A stretch of 60,874 nt of DNA, filler included. It is 7 parts of 7 records of this genome, joined end to end, with 100 filler letters (N's around TTAATTAATTAA, not from the genome) between each part and the next. Parts side by side here need not be neighbours in the genome. Positions count along the whole stretch, not along the records: positions 29,701 to 35,174 come from SRR2962707_3617; positions 35,275 to 43,375 come from SRR2962707_3620; positions 43,476 to 49,206 come from SRR2962707_3624; 4 more parts are not named here. One strand, given 5' to 3'. Within the stretch, counting starts at the first letter, position 1. Each line of letters begins with the position of its first letter. The translations under genes were made by a program, and so were the position numbers. The notes beneath the pieces are model-generated. The model saw only the letters and a program-made list of their open reading frames with translations. It searched no databases and was not told the DNA's origin. Positions 31,197-43,572 of the stretch are shown piece after piece.

Positions 31197-34100
31197 TTAG
31201 GAAACCTCAATCTTTTTTCTGTTCTTTGGCAGTTTTGTTGGGCGCAGACCCCTGTTGTTGACTTTTACATATGAGATGAGCTTTTCGCATGTAGTAGGTG
31301 ACTCGCCAAGTTCCTGAATAAACAATGACACAGCCTGCGCAAACACAAATCAAGCGCACGGGTTAGCGCGTTGAAGCGTTGCCAACTGGCCACCCTGAAC
31401 TATCGTAAAAGCACAAGAAACGAACCTCGATGGTACAAATGCGGTCCAGTTGTGTCTGTGACCTGGCGTACACACTCAAAGCTGTTGGGCTGAGCTTGAC
31501 ATGAGGGGGACATACTCCAAGGCGCTCAAGATGCCGTATCATGGCCTTTACATGGCGCCAAGTGCCTGCATCATTCACAATTGACAGTGACAAAGTTGAA
31601 GTCAAAACACCACTGCTGAGCGATGACTCGCCCACAAACAGATTGAGTATTCTCTAGGCAGCACCCCACGAACCATCAACCACCATGATTTGCAGTGGAG
31701 GCCCATCCGCATCGTCACTAAAAGATTGGTGCGTTGCAGCGACATCCTCAACAGTGAGGGCTTCGTCTGAAGGGAAGAGCAGCAGTGTACGGCGGGCATT
31801 GGCGCCGCCCAGATCGCGAACTAATTCTTCATCAACACCACGTTTTCCGTACACATAAAGCTTCGCCGACAGACACCACCACAGCAAGAGAATGATTGTG
31901 TTGTAGAGGCACAGACGCAATTTACAGAAATACAAGAGGAACACAGCTACTTCGCAATCAGCAAGTGGTGATGCGCGCGATACAACGGTACACCCAATGT
32001 CAAAGTCACCATCAGTGCAAACAATGGCATGCACCAACCTTTGTCCTCGACGGACAACTGGCAAGTAGGAGCTTCGCATCGTCACCCGCGTTGAAGAGCT
32101 CGCGGTTGTGCATGAAAATCAAGAACTTTACATTTTTTTTCAAAGGTTCGAGTGAATCGATCTGGTGACAGATGCAGTTTTCGGGAGAAAACCAACACAT
32201 CATACACCGCCCTGACTCGTGCATGCGCTTCTCCTTCATGTCTATTCTCTGAGCGGCAAATATTTTTTCTCGTTCTTGAGGCGACAACCCTACCAATGGG
32301 CAACGCAAGTCACAGTACGAACACGCAGTGAGATCTCGGAAACAAGCCACCGTGCGGATGGACGTCCACGTCGCGATGAGGTTTGCATCGACCACTCGTA
32401 GAAAATTTACCCTTTCGTTTCAGCTCTTCGTGGCGCTTTCGCGTAGCTTCTGCGTTCAATGCCTTGGCCTATTGAAACACCCCAGGTACCACATAGGTGA
32501 GTTTCTTGGTGCAACCAACCACACTGCGTGCAGCGTGACCTGCAGCAACGCATGACGTTCTCAGCCACGTACACTTTTCTTCTTGCGCTGCGTGCGCTGC
32601 ACTGGGCGAATTTCTCCAGTTCCAGCGGCTCGCCGCACGCGACCCCCTTCTGGTCGATCATCTTGGTCGCCAGTCAACGATGCTTTTGTAGCACTCTCCG
32701 TGGAATTGTCGACAGTGTGCCCGCCTTCGTTGTGACCTTGACGCACTGCTGCCATGCCAGCAGACAACAAGCCAATACTTGTGGTTGTGTTTGCGTTAAT
32801 GTCGTCCGTTTCTTGAGCAGGTGGGTGGCCATCGCCCCCGTCATCTGACTGAATGTCGCTATCATCAAAATCATCGCTGGCAATACCGCGGGCATCCCAC
32901 GCAGCCGCTGCGGCTGCTGCGTCCCCGCTGTCAGCAACCGCTTCAAGATCACGTTCCACAGCTGCGACTGTCTCGTTAGTGGGGAAAATATCACTACTTT
33001 CAATGCTACGTTCAATTGTTGTGGCACCCGTGTCAACGTCCTGTGGAACGTTGTCGACTTGGTCTGCCGAATCACTAGCACTGGCACCGGCAAGCTGTTC
33101 CAAACGGTCTTCAGTTAAAGAGGCTTCAATGGCGCCCAATACCAAGGTCTCTGCGCTTGCTGGCAACTTGATTTCGTCTTCGCTGTCGTCATCCGTAGTG
33201 TCACCATCACAATCACGACTCGTGATGGGAGCAAGTGCTTGTGTGGAAGCTGCCTCACAAGCATCTTGGTCGGATGCGCTAACTTGTTGGCTTTTGCTGT
33301 TACAATGGTCGACCTTACGATCTGCAGATCCTACGACTTCGGCTGCCGCATTCTTGTTGTCTTCTCGGCTGCTTTCGACACTGCTAATATCACTGCTGAT
33401 ATTCGTATCAAGGAGCGCGCGTTGTCGCAAAAAGGACTCTTCCTCCTCTCCATCGATGCTGAATTCATTGTCATCGGTGTCGTTTGTTTTGGGCGACGAC
33501 ATAGTCGCTGTCGCAATACCAAAGTCGGTGCCGCCACCACTGTGCGATTCTAGGGATGAGGTCAACTGCGAAAAATGCAGAGGTGACAACTCAGGAGATT
33601 GGTCATTCGCTTTCTTTACACATTTTCCGGTGCTGGGCTCCAGCTTGTCCAAAGGAGCTGGTCGATTCACTTTATTTTCAGGCTTGTCTTGACTACCATG
33701 CGCAGCAGCGGAGTCGCCATCATCCTGCCCATCGTTCCATACACCCATGGGAACCAAAGCTCCACGTGCCGAGAATATGGGACGACCTGAGTCGGGCGAT
33801 GTGCCAGCCTCAGGTGCGTGGTTGGCACGCTGAGTCGAGAGGGCAACGTGCAACAGTTTTCCATCATCTCGTCGAAGTAACTCGACAAATGTCGGAGCAC
33901 GGCCATCATTCCAGAGAATTCCTTCAAACGAGCCTCGTTCGCTCCACCTATTGGTGACCCAAACCGACAAGATACGCAAGCAATAGTCTCAGTGAATTGC
34001 GGAAGGTGGAAATTGCTGCAAGGAGTTTGCCATTGAAGGACCCGCAATCTCACGCACATGCGACCTGTTGTGTCAACCAAATAGAATCTATCGTTATTGG

Positions 34101-35174
34101 GCAGCTTCCGTGGCTGAAGCAGCTCGATTCCATCAGTCTCACTTCCCTCCGTCGACCACAGCCCGATAAAGGATCCGTCGTCATCTGACCACATCCGCCC
34201 CATACTAGCGTGGATGGATTTCAAAGCATCATAAAACCAGCAAACAGCGTACGCATTTGCAGCCCAGCACCACACAATCAATCAGCGTAAATGGTGACGG
34301 CAGCGGGAATCGTGCACTAGCACTCAACAGCACTCAAAGCCCTAAAGCACACACGTGCAACAGTTGAACAGAAAATGCCCACCTATCGACCAGATATTCC
34401 TCACCGCTGTACACCTTGGTCACAAATAGCTCCGGCCTGCAATGTTTACAAAACAATCAGATGAGCTGCTCGAATGAGTCGCCATCGACACCGTCACAGC
34501 AGCGCCTTGGTGGAATGAGCAAAGCGTACCCTGTGTGAGGGTGCCACCTGCCGACAACTTCGCCTTCCTCGCTCCAAATGCACCCAGTGGCATCGACCAA
34601 GTGCGACGTCCCGTCCTCCGAATGTCCTCGTCGTTCAACCTCAACAGGATCACCGCGCTCCAGCACCTCCCCCGGGTGCTGCTGCCGAATTCGTTCCTCC
34701 AACTCAGCTAGCTCTGCAAACTGGCGCTCCACGGCAGCAACGTCGCTTTCAAGAAACGCCTGCACATCTTTCCGTAAAGCCTCTGCAGCAGCAATCGCAG
34801 CAGCGTTTCGCTCCTTCTCACTGAGCCCTTCGAATGGATCTTCAGCAACTTCAGCGACATCCTCACAGTCTTCCCCGCCCACACCTGCCCCTGCGTTTGC
34901 CGCCGCCGCGTTCTCGCGGACTGTCTCGGCAGTCGCAACTGCTGGAGCTTCCTGAGCCCCAGACTTCCTGAATGCACCATTTGACTTCAAGACCTCGGCA
35001 TTGTCATTTTGCCCTGGATCAGCTGTTGAATCAGCTGTTGAATGAGCTGTTGAGTCAGCTGTTCCTGGATCAGCTGTTGAATGAGCTGTTGAATGAGCTG
35101 TTGAGTCAGTTGCTGCTGTAGAGTTACTTGCCGCTGCTGAGTCAGTTGTTGTTGCTGTTGCTGCTGCTGCTGCT
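31197..35174 (-). CDS. DTW-domain protein (tRNA-uridine aminocarboxypropyltransferase, DTWD2/TapT-like) with a long acidic N-terminal extension; 5' truncated
   Basis: RCMMCW...CIC Zn motif, IFMHNRE, LLFPS, spliced VVDG|TW, R.Q...ICTIE|AV. Upstream ORFs 32561-33979 and 34457-34990 link through GT-AG introns. Confidence 0.78.
35015..35110 (-). repeat. Coding 12-bp minisatellite (STAD/STAH tetrapeptides)
   Basis: About 8 copies of TCAACAGCT(GAT/CAT/GAC) on the minus strand. Confidence 0.8.
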
Positions 35175-35274
35175 NNNNNNNNNNNNNNNNNNNNNNNNNN
35201 NNNNNNNNNNNNNNNNNNTTAATTAATTAANNNNNNNNNNNNNNNNNNNNNNNNNNNNNNNNNNNNNNNNNNNN
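35175..35274. other. Artificial contig spacer
   Basis: Same linker. Confidence 0.99.
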
Positions 35275-35560
35275 ACTCACGAACTCACGAACTCGCGAAC
35301 TCACCGAAGGATACACGGCGCTCAAAGCGGAGTCACCCCACCCTCTCTCTCAGCACGCGCACTCTTTCTCCAGAGCGCGAAACAACAACAACAACAACAA
35401 CAACTCGTAAAGATTTTTTTGTCGTGAGCAGTTTCTGTGTTGTTTTCTAGGCACAGCTTCGGTGCGCGTGCGTGCTTAGCACCGCGTGCGTGCGTGCGGG
35501 CGTGCGTAGTTGAGCGGGCAGGGTTAAGGTTGTGAACCTGCGCACGCGTGTGTGTTTGCC

Positions 35561-38110
35561 ATGGCAACCATGGCAAGCAATGAGCAGAAAGTTGCTCAAT
35601 TGAGCAGGCATTTCGTGAAAGTGGTGAAGCAGGAGATGCTGGCGGTGAACGGCGTGGTGCAGAAGTTCCGGGCCGAGATCCCGGCCCTGCAGAAGGAGCG
35701 GAAGGAGCTCGAACAGCTGAAGGCAGACTTCGCTCGAGAGCTCAAGTTGCAGCAGGAATTGACCGAGCAGCACCGGGCAGAGCTGGCTCACCAGAAAGCC
35801 AAGTTCGAAGCGTTCGAAGCGTACTTTCGCAAGCTCCCCGCGAAGGGCACGGCAGCTATCCGAAGGACCACGGAGAAAATCACAACCCTGGTCGCTGGAG
35901 TCGTCTCTGAGCGGTGCAAGGCCGCGGTGGAACTGTGCAGAGACGACGCGCATGAGGTTTTAAAAGCCAAAACGAGAGATCTGGAGCAGGGTTTCAAGAA
36001 AGACAACGAGGCTGCGTTGCAGGAGGTGAAGAAGGAGCTGGAACGCCACGCCAACGCAAAGCGCGAGCAAATTGATGTCATGTTGACCAAATTGATGGAC
36101 GATGTTCAACTCAACGCATCGTCGATCGTTGCAGCCTCACACTCTGCGCAGGCTGCAGCTGCTCCTCGCCCTTTTGAGCTGACGAAGCGAGACCGCCGGC
36201 ATCGCAGCCGCGGCAGCTCCCTTGCAGAGACGACTGAGCGTGCCAGCCACTTCCAATCACCAGAGCAAAAACCGGTGTCCGCACCAACTCCTGCCTCACC
36301 GAAATTCGACTTTGCTCCCAGCAACGACGATTCGGGGGCGCAAAATGACACCAATGAACAAAGTGATCCCACCACCAACACTGCGGACAGTGGAAACTTG
36401 TTTGGAGATGACACTCAAGACGCTTTTGGGGGTGTCTTTGCAAACGCCAACAAAGAGGATGATGGTGGGATATTCGGCGGTGGCGATTCCACCGATGCTT
36501 TTGGGTCTACAGGTGGAGATGCTGGTGGAATTTTCAACGAGATTACAGCCGGGGCAGTGGGTAACGATGTGTCTACTACCCCGCAGCACCTCGGCCAAGA
36601 GACATCCTCTGCTGGTGGGGAAGTATTTGGAGACGACGCTCAAACTGAAAATGACGTGGACGCGAACGTCCTTGATTCCTCGACCGCAGGTGCAGCTGGT
36701 AGCAGTTTAAACGATGCCGGAAACGAAGATCCGGACGCTGCAGGTGATGGTGAGGATGCGCTCTTGATGGAAATGCTTGACGAAGCTGGCGGTGACTTCG
36801 ATGACGACTATGATGACTATGACGAGCCTGATGATGACTACGGCGATGGCGATGATGGTGGTGACGACTACAACATTGATGATACGAATGGCGCGGTGGA
36901 TGATTCTGCGCCTGTACCTGCGCTTGTGCCCGCGCGGGGTGGAAGCCCTGGTTCAGCTCCAGCGGCAGGCCTGGATGCGGATAACACTGCATCAGCAGAA
37001 CCAACGGACACCGCCGGACTGTTCGGGTCCAGTGGTGGTGATGGAGAGCTTGCGTTTGGTGACAGTGGCGGCGGCAACGCTGATGTGTTTGGTGGATCGA
37101 CTAACGACGCGACCGATGCATTCGGCGCAAACACTCCAGCTCCATCGTCGCAGAATGGTGGGGGTGATCCTTTTGCAATGAGTGGCTTTGCAGAGGCAGT
37201 TGGTGCAAATGCAGGATTTGATGCCCCGGCAGCTGCGACGCCTACTGCAGCAGTGGGCGCTACCGGTGCCTCCAGTGAGCTTGACCGGCTCGAGGAGGCC
37301 TTTAAGGTCGCCATCAAGGCCGAGATGAAGGAGATGAACAAGGATCCCGCCGCGTTGGACCGACTTGTGACGAAATACAAGGGCAAAGGTCCTACTGGCC
37401 CCGGTTTCTTGATCAGCAAGAAGGTCAAGGGCAAATACTCCTCGGCAGTTGTTGCTGCAGGGGAGCTTTGGGCCACACGTTTTTATGCCGAAGGCAAAGG
37501 TGTGACAAGCCCTGCCCCTGCTCCCGCCGCTTTTGGCGATTTTGGGAGCACCGGCGGATTTGATGCGGCAGCGGCGCCGGCTGCTGACGGCAATGCTTTT
37601 GGGGCGTTTGGTGCCAATGACACTCCTGCACCAGCGTCATCTGCATTTGGTGGCGCTGAAACGCCCTTTGGCGGTGGAAGTGACGGCCAGTGGGGTGGTA
37701 GCACTGACGCATTTGGCGGTGCAAGTGCTTTTGGCTCCACCGATGCTGCAGGATTTGGCGGAAGTCCTGACACTGGAGCGTTTGGTAGCAGTGGGGATGC
37801 TGGTGGGTTTGGAAGCGGCAACACGGATGCATTCGGAAGCGGTGACGCCGGTGCATTTGGCGGTGCAGACACCGGGGGTTTCGGTGGTACGGACACTGGA
37901 GGGTTCGGTGGTGGCGAAGCCGCGTTTGGGGGCAGCGACGCGGGCGGTTTTGGCGGCGGGGGTTTTGGTGGCAGTTCTGCAGACCCGTTTGGTGGAAACG
38001 GTGAAGCAAGTGCTTTTGGCTCTGGCGCGCAGCTTGATGCTAGTTCAGCATTCGGTGGCGGAGGCAGCACATTCGATATGGACAATGTAGACAAAGCCCC
38101 TTGGGATTAG
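35561..38110 (+). CDS. Single-exon 849-aa protein: N-terminal coiled coil + long G/D/A/F-rich region with FG/AFG/DPF repeats
   Basis: Uninterrupted ORF, heptad-rich first ~180 aa, many DAFG/GFGG repeats, and a small basic helical island (LDRLVTKYKGK...KGKY). Confidence 0.8.
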   Translation: MATMASNEQKVAQLSRHFVKVVKQEMLAVNGVVQKFRAEIPALQKERKELEQLKADFARELKLQQELTEQHRAELAHQKAKFEAFEAYFRKLPAKGTAAIRRTTEKITTLVAGVVSERCKAAVELCRDDAHEVLKAKTRDLEQGFKKDNEAALQEVKKELERHANAKREQIDVMLTKLMDDVQLNASSIVAASHSAQAAAAPRPFELTKRDRRHRSRGSSLAETTERASHFQSPEQKPVSAPTPASPKFDFAPSNDDSGAQNDTNEQSDPTTNTADSGNLFGDDTQDAFGGVFANANKEDDGGIFGGGDSTDAFGSTGGDAGGIFNEITAGAVGNDVSTTPQHLGQETSSAGGEVFGDDAQTENDVDANVLDSSTAGAAGSSLNDAGNEDPDAAGDGEDALLMEMLDEAGGDFDDDYDDYDEPDDDYGDGDDGGDDYNIDDTNGAVDDSAPVPALVPARGGSPGSAPAAGLDADNTASAEPTDTAGLFGSSGGDGELAFGDSGGGNADVFGGSTNDATDAFGANTPAPSSQNGGGDPFAMSGFAEAVGANAGFDAPAAATPTAAVGATGASSELDRLEEAFKVAIKAEMKEMNKDPAALDRLVTKYKGKGPTGPGFLISKKVKGKYSSAVVAAGELWATRFYAEGKGVTSPAPAPAAFGDFGSTGGFDAAAAPAADGNAFGAFGANDTPAPASSAFGGAETPFGGGSDGQWGGSTDAFGGASAFGSTDAAGFGGSPDTGAFGSSGDAGGFGSGNTDAFGSGDAGAFGGADTGGFGGTDTGGFGGGEAAFGGSDAGGFGGGGFGGSSADPFGGNGEASAFGSGAQLDASSAFGGGGSTFDMDNVDKAPWD

Positions 38111-38263
38111 TGTTCAAAAACTGTCAAGTCTTTGCGCTGAATTTCCAACGCAGGCAGCCAGCCAATGTTTTTTTATTCAAACAAGTAATTTTGTCTCGTT
38201 CCACACTCAGCCGTTTCAATATTATTTCAATACTCCTGATCCGTTGCCTGTTGTTCCTTGGGA

Positions 38264-41200
38264 CTACGTCCCGGCGAAAGTTTTCACGGTTGGAACTTTC
38301 TTCGCGAAGGGTGACTGGATTTCTCGTTGCAAAGACTCGACTTTGGCCCGGCGTTTGTTGATTTCTGCTGCGTTTCGCTCACCGCACCCAATGGCCTGAA
38401 TTCGAAACAGCATGAGTTCCAGAAGCACACACACACACAATCACCCGCGCCACCATTGTCTTTCAACGCGGCAAGGCGGAAGGCGAGAGACAGATCTCGT
38501 CAGCTGAAACGATTGGAACCGACCTCAGCAAGGTCATCTTCGAGGACTCGTAATTGTTTTTCTAAGCCGCCATGTTGAGCTACAGCTTTCATCTGCCAGG
38601 ATGCAAGAACTGACGTTCAAGAAGAATGCTCCACTGCAACGGCTTCCGGTACACGACTCACAAAGTGAACTGAATGCACAGCAACAGGGGCGGGGTTGAT
38701 CCACGTACCACCTGGCCACCGCGGAAAAATTCTATGAGTGCAGGGTCTCCGTCAATAGAATCTGCGTCAACAAAATCAATTGCTGTTTTGTCTTGACGAA
38801 GAGCCGCAAATATCACATCAGCAGTCCTTTTCAAACGGTATGATGCAAACGCCAGAGCACGGCCTAACAGGGCAATCACAGCGCAATGACAGAAAAATAT
38901 TTCCAATTCTTGCGCAAAAAGAAACAATCAAGCCGTATGATGTGTTGGCGATCTTTAACGTTGTATTCCCACCTGTCTTGTTTACAGCAGCTTCAACAAT
39001 ATGTCGCGAGGCTTGCATTCCGGCGGATGCAAATCTGGCACGAAAATGTGTCGAAGACATGACACGGACCGTGCTTGGAGAAAAACCATGCAAACAATGC
39101 TGGCATAAACACGAACTGCAAGGCCGCTCCATTTTGCTGAACTGCCGCTAACACAACCTTATCATTATCCCTCATGTCCTGGTTGGCAACGCATACATAA
39201 CATACGCTTCAACATGCGGCAATCAAGCTCAAGCGAGTCGAGTTCCAAGACGCGTAACCACGGCCATCATTTTCCCGCTCACCGGCTGTGCAAACTTCAG
39301 AGCCATGCCATTTTGACGCATAGCAATCAAGCACGTTTCCTCGTGACCTCGAAGTCGACCTGATGCGAATTGCAGAGAAATGCCATTCGCCTTCCAGTGG
39401 CCAATGCACAAACCAAAACCGAGGCGTGACATGATGCAAAATAATCACTCCAAATTAGCACCAGAGGCTCCCAAAACAATGAAAGAACGGCAAAGCCGCG
39501 GCATACCCCAACTGCTGTTTGCACGATGTCTGTGCAGTCTTGTATTGGCGCAGCGGCAAATTTCAAAATATGACCTGGCATAACATACGATGTACCATGC
39601 ACAACAACGTCGATACATACATACATACACACTCAGTAAAACAGTAAAACGACGGAATAAACAGCTATCTTGTGCCAAAACGGCAACTCATTCTGAAATA
39701 TGCACACCGGTCACGTAGCCTTTTATTTGCATGCACTGGCGCACAAAATTTTCGTCCTGCCGCCTAACCACATCATGCGCACAATGTTGAAACGAGCATT
39801 TGAAGAGTCAACTTGAAGGTGGCAAACCGGAAATAGGAGGCCGCGATATGGGAGTGCAAAGCACTTGATGTCGTACAGACTCGGGGCCACAAACTCCATG
39901 GCAAGAGGTGACTGCTGAACTGCGGCAAACGCAACTGCTGCGTTGGATCGAAGCATGTCCCCTGCATACCTGAATTTACCCGCAACCAATTTTGCGTTCA
40001 GCTACAGAGTCTCTAACCAGGCAGCAGTCAGCTTGGGCACGTGGTCAGTTGGTTCGTTAAAGATTTTTGAACGGGCCCACCATCTTGAGACGTACTGTAG
40101 TGCAGATCCGTTAATTCGCACCGCAGCGAGCATCACAGTGGGGTCCGCTAGCACCCACAATACGACAGTCAGTTGTCAATGATGTCAATGTCACAGTGAC
40201 TACATTTATCCTGTTACACGCAGTTGTGCAAAAAAGTATTTTGGCTCAATCTTACACGCTATGCTTTCTTCGGCGTACCTACATGTACAGTTATTAAAAA
40301 ATGGCACCACCGCGTATTCACAAACGAAGCATGCGATCACACAAAAAGCACGGTTATCAAACTAATAGCAACGGAAGCGCACATGAGCGTCATTGGATCG
40401 TGCTTGACTGCTGTGAAGAGGAATCTTTTGTTCGACCGCAAAGTGGAGCCTGCATGTTGTAGAACCCCCGCACCGTGGGCCTACGGGGAAAAGGGCGATC
40501 CAGAGCCCAACATAAATTGGCGCAGCAGGTGGCATTGGGAAGCACAGAGAAATATGCCGCGTGGGTTCACCTTCACTGCCTCTCCAAAGATCTCGACGTC
40601 ATTCTGTAAATGAGGCGGGAGGAATTGAGCGGCGCTTTGTCGAGAAAGCAACGCCGCAGTTGCAATGTCACGCTTGGATCGCATCCGCAGGTTGCAGTAA
40701 CGCAGGAGCTCTCCATCCTCAGTCACAGCATCTAAAATGCACCTTTGATTGCTAAACTTGAGAGAAGCGTACTGGAGTGCCTGCACATCTTGTGCTATGG
40801 CCTAGAGGCAGTCATGCATCCACACACATAACAACACTTCGAAAACATTGATGACCAGGTTAGGATGTTTGCTTCAGATATAACCGTATATACGTACATC
40901 AGCCATCAATGCGTCTTCGCCTCTCAGGCGTTCTGAAGCAAAGCGGACGAGCCGCCAGTCGGCTTCCATCGCAAGTTTAGCAATCTTGAAATTATCACGA
41001 AGAGTTGGATGCAGAAACTCAAACGCAGGGGGATACGTTCGAATCGCTTGAGTACCTAACGTCGGATTTTCGCAAGCCGGGGACCCTTGAATATACTTGA
41101 AAAGCCGACCGGCTTGTGGGATGTCTGTTTGTTGAAGTAGGTACCTGGGTTCCGGGTGGCACACAGAGTCCAATGCGTTCACAATCGATTGCACACACCC

Positions 41201-43375
41201 ACTGGAAAAGCACGCACACGGCACCAGCTTGTGCACTTACGCGATAATTTCTTCGTCTTGGCGCATGTCCAGGGGGGCATGTAAAACTGGGCACTCGCTA
41301 CACAACGCACAGGAGATTGCCTTGTTGGCAAAGGCGCCACTGTCACCGACGTTGCCAGTTGTTTGAGCGTTGTGTGACTCAGGACTGACCCTACCTGTGC
41401 CTGGCACAAGCACTCTATTTTCGTTGATTGTCGTAGTTGATGGTCGCCTTAACGCTTCATTGCGCGGCGAAGGTGGAAGGACAACGGCGGATCCCGGTCG
41501 AGAGCCTGTGCTCGCTTCCAAAATTCGATTAACCGGTGGCATCGATTCACTTGGATCGCGACTAGTACGCTCGTCGCTTTCATGGCTGTCCGCCTGCATG
41601 GAATGATACGCGGTGCAACCCCAGCGTGTAATAGCGTCGAGGGCCTGCAAGCGACGCTCGTACTCTTCAGGTGATATGATTGCGCCCTCGACTTTCATCT
41701 GGCTCATCTGCATGTACCCAAACTCTTCTAGCTGTTGGCGGCGTTGTGCCTGGCACATCACAGTTACGAAAGGATGAACAAAAGACACGCTCAGGAAGTA
41801 CGTGATGAAAATCGCTTGCACAAGCACAAAATGTCCCGAACTCTACCTCTCGTTTTCGCTGTGCTTCTCTCTCGCGTTCAGCTTGCTCCCTTGCGCGTTT
41901 GAGCGTTTCTGCCTCAATTTCTTCCGGCGTTGGCCCCGTGAGTGGCGGGAGGCGACGGCCACTGGCAGATCGACGTGACGCTGGCGATCGTGAACCGCGC
42001 ACACGTGGTGCGGCTGGTGGAGTCCGAGCGGTTGACAGCTTGCTTGTGGCACTTTCAGAGCTATCGTCATCAATATCGTTGTTAATGATCGTAGCAGTGA
42101 TGCCCTGGTTGACACGAGCCCTTCGCATTCGTGCTTGAGCATCAAGTTTGTCAGCTGCAGCATTGAGGTCCGCAGCAATAGCCCGCTGCGAATCCCGCTG
42201 AACTTGAAGGTGCCCCGCAGTCCGACCACGGCCTTTTTGCCGTAGTACCCTGATCTTGACGTCCATCGTTGCCAATTTGGACAAAATTGCAGCTGCTTGC
42301 ATGCGCTTTTCTTGTGCTATTTGCTCCATCCGTGCTGCGTCAGTGAGGAAGCCTCCCGCTACTTGGGCGTCTTGGCTCGCTTGCTGACTGCGGCGGGCAG
42401 TGATCGATGCAACCGCTCGGTAGAATGGATTGTTAACTGAGGCTAGCTCGGCGGCATTTTTGTCGTCGCTGCGATCTTCTGCTTCTGCTCGCCCGAACGA
42501 TAAGCGTCTTAATCTCTCACCTGACACCCAAGAGCCCCGAAGCTCAGGCGAAAGGCTAGCTCGATTCACAAAAGCCCACTCCACTCGGTTGCCATGTTTT
42601 TGACCACCGTAGATACCCTTTTCGATGGGCATGACGCGGACTGTGTTTGCTGCGCGCCCACGTTCCAGGGTCTCACGCAACAGCCGGCGTTGCAGAGTTG
42701 AGGGTGCCAAGGATTTTGCTTTTTGGCGAGCTGTAGTTGCTAGATGTAGGAGCAGTGGGCTGTTCTCAAGACAGGTTGCCTTCAAGTGCCATGCCTCGAC
42801 GTGGTGCGGTGCGTGAAGTATGACATCCTCAATGTTTGGTAACGCTTCCTCAAACTTACCCACCTTCATGAGAAGTTTGGCGCGCTCCAACAGCATACGC
42901 TCATCGTAGCGACCAACAAGATCACTGTCAAGAGTGCGACTGACGGCTTGAATTGCAGTGCGTGCTTGGCCTCGTTTAGCGAGCTGCCGTGCTTGAGATA
43001 TTCCTTGATTCCGACGCAGTCGGAGCTGTGTGTCAGCACGTTGCCCCGAAAGAGCTTGGCCCAATCGCGTTGTTTGATCGATGCTACTCGTCGTTGTCGT
43101 TGACGCCTGTTGCAACTGTACCAATGGTGGGGTTGAATTCTCAGCAGGTTCTGCACTAAGTCCGACTTGGTTGTCGCCGTCGTCATCATGAGCGGCATCC
43201 TCCAATTCTTCGTTGCCCCTCTCGCTCGTCCGGCAGCGAAGGGACGCCGGGCCACGCGTTCCACGAACAACTCGCGAGGGCGAAGGCTGCTGGTGCTTCG
43301 ACTGCAGCTGCAGTGGTTGACGGTTGTTGTGTGCACCTGACGCTGGCTGTTGTTGTTGTTGTTGCTGCTGCTGCT
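38264..43375 (-). CDS. Multi-exon protein with polyQ, TPR-like repeats, coiled coil and many DUF4116-type repeats; 5' truncated
   Basis: TPR-like LLERAKLLMKVGKFEEAL...P.HVEAWHLKA. Repeats such as LRDNFKIAKLAMEADWRLVRFASERLR, MRDNDKVVLAAVQQNGAALQF, ALAFASYRLK. The frame stays open to the contig edge. Confidence 0.7.
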
Positions 43376-43475
43376 NNNNNNNNNNNNNNNNNNNNNNNNN
43401 NNNNNNNNNNNNNNNNNNNTTAATTAATTAANNNNNNNNNNNNNNNNNNNNNNNNNNNNNNNNNNNNNNNNNNNN
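43376..43475. other. Artificial contig spacer
   Basis: Same linker. Confidence 0.99.
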
Positions 43476-43572
43476 AGCAGCAGCAGCAGCAACAACAACA
43501 AACAACAACAACAACAGCAAGTTCTGATTCAGCAACGTCAACCACAACCACGACAGCGACAACAGGGCGCCC

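Noticed and set aside
36868-38094. Pro-rich antisense ORFs (extensin-like)
   Set aside because: Mirror of the Gly-rich sense gene.
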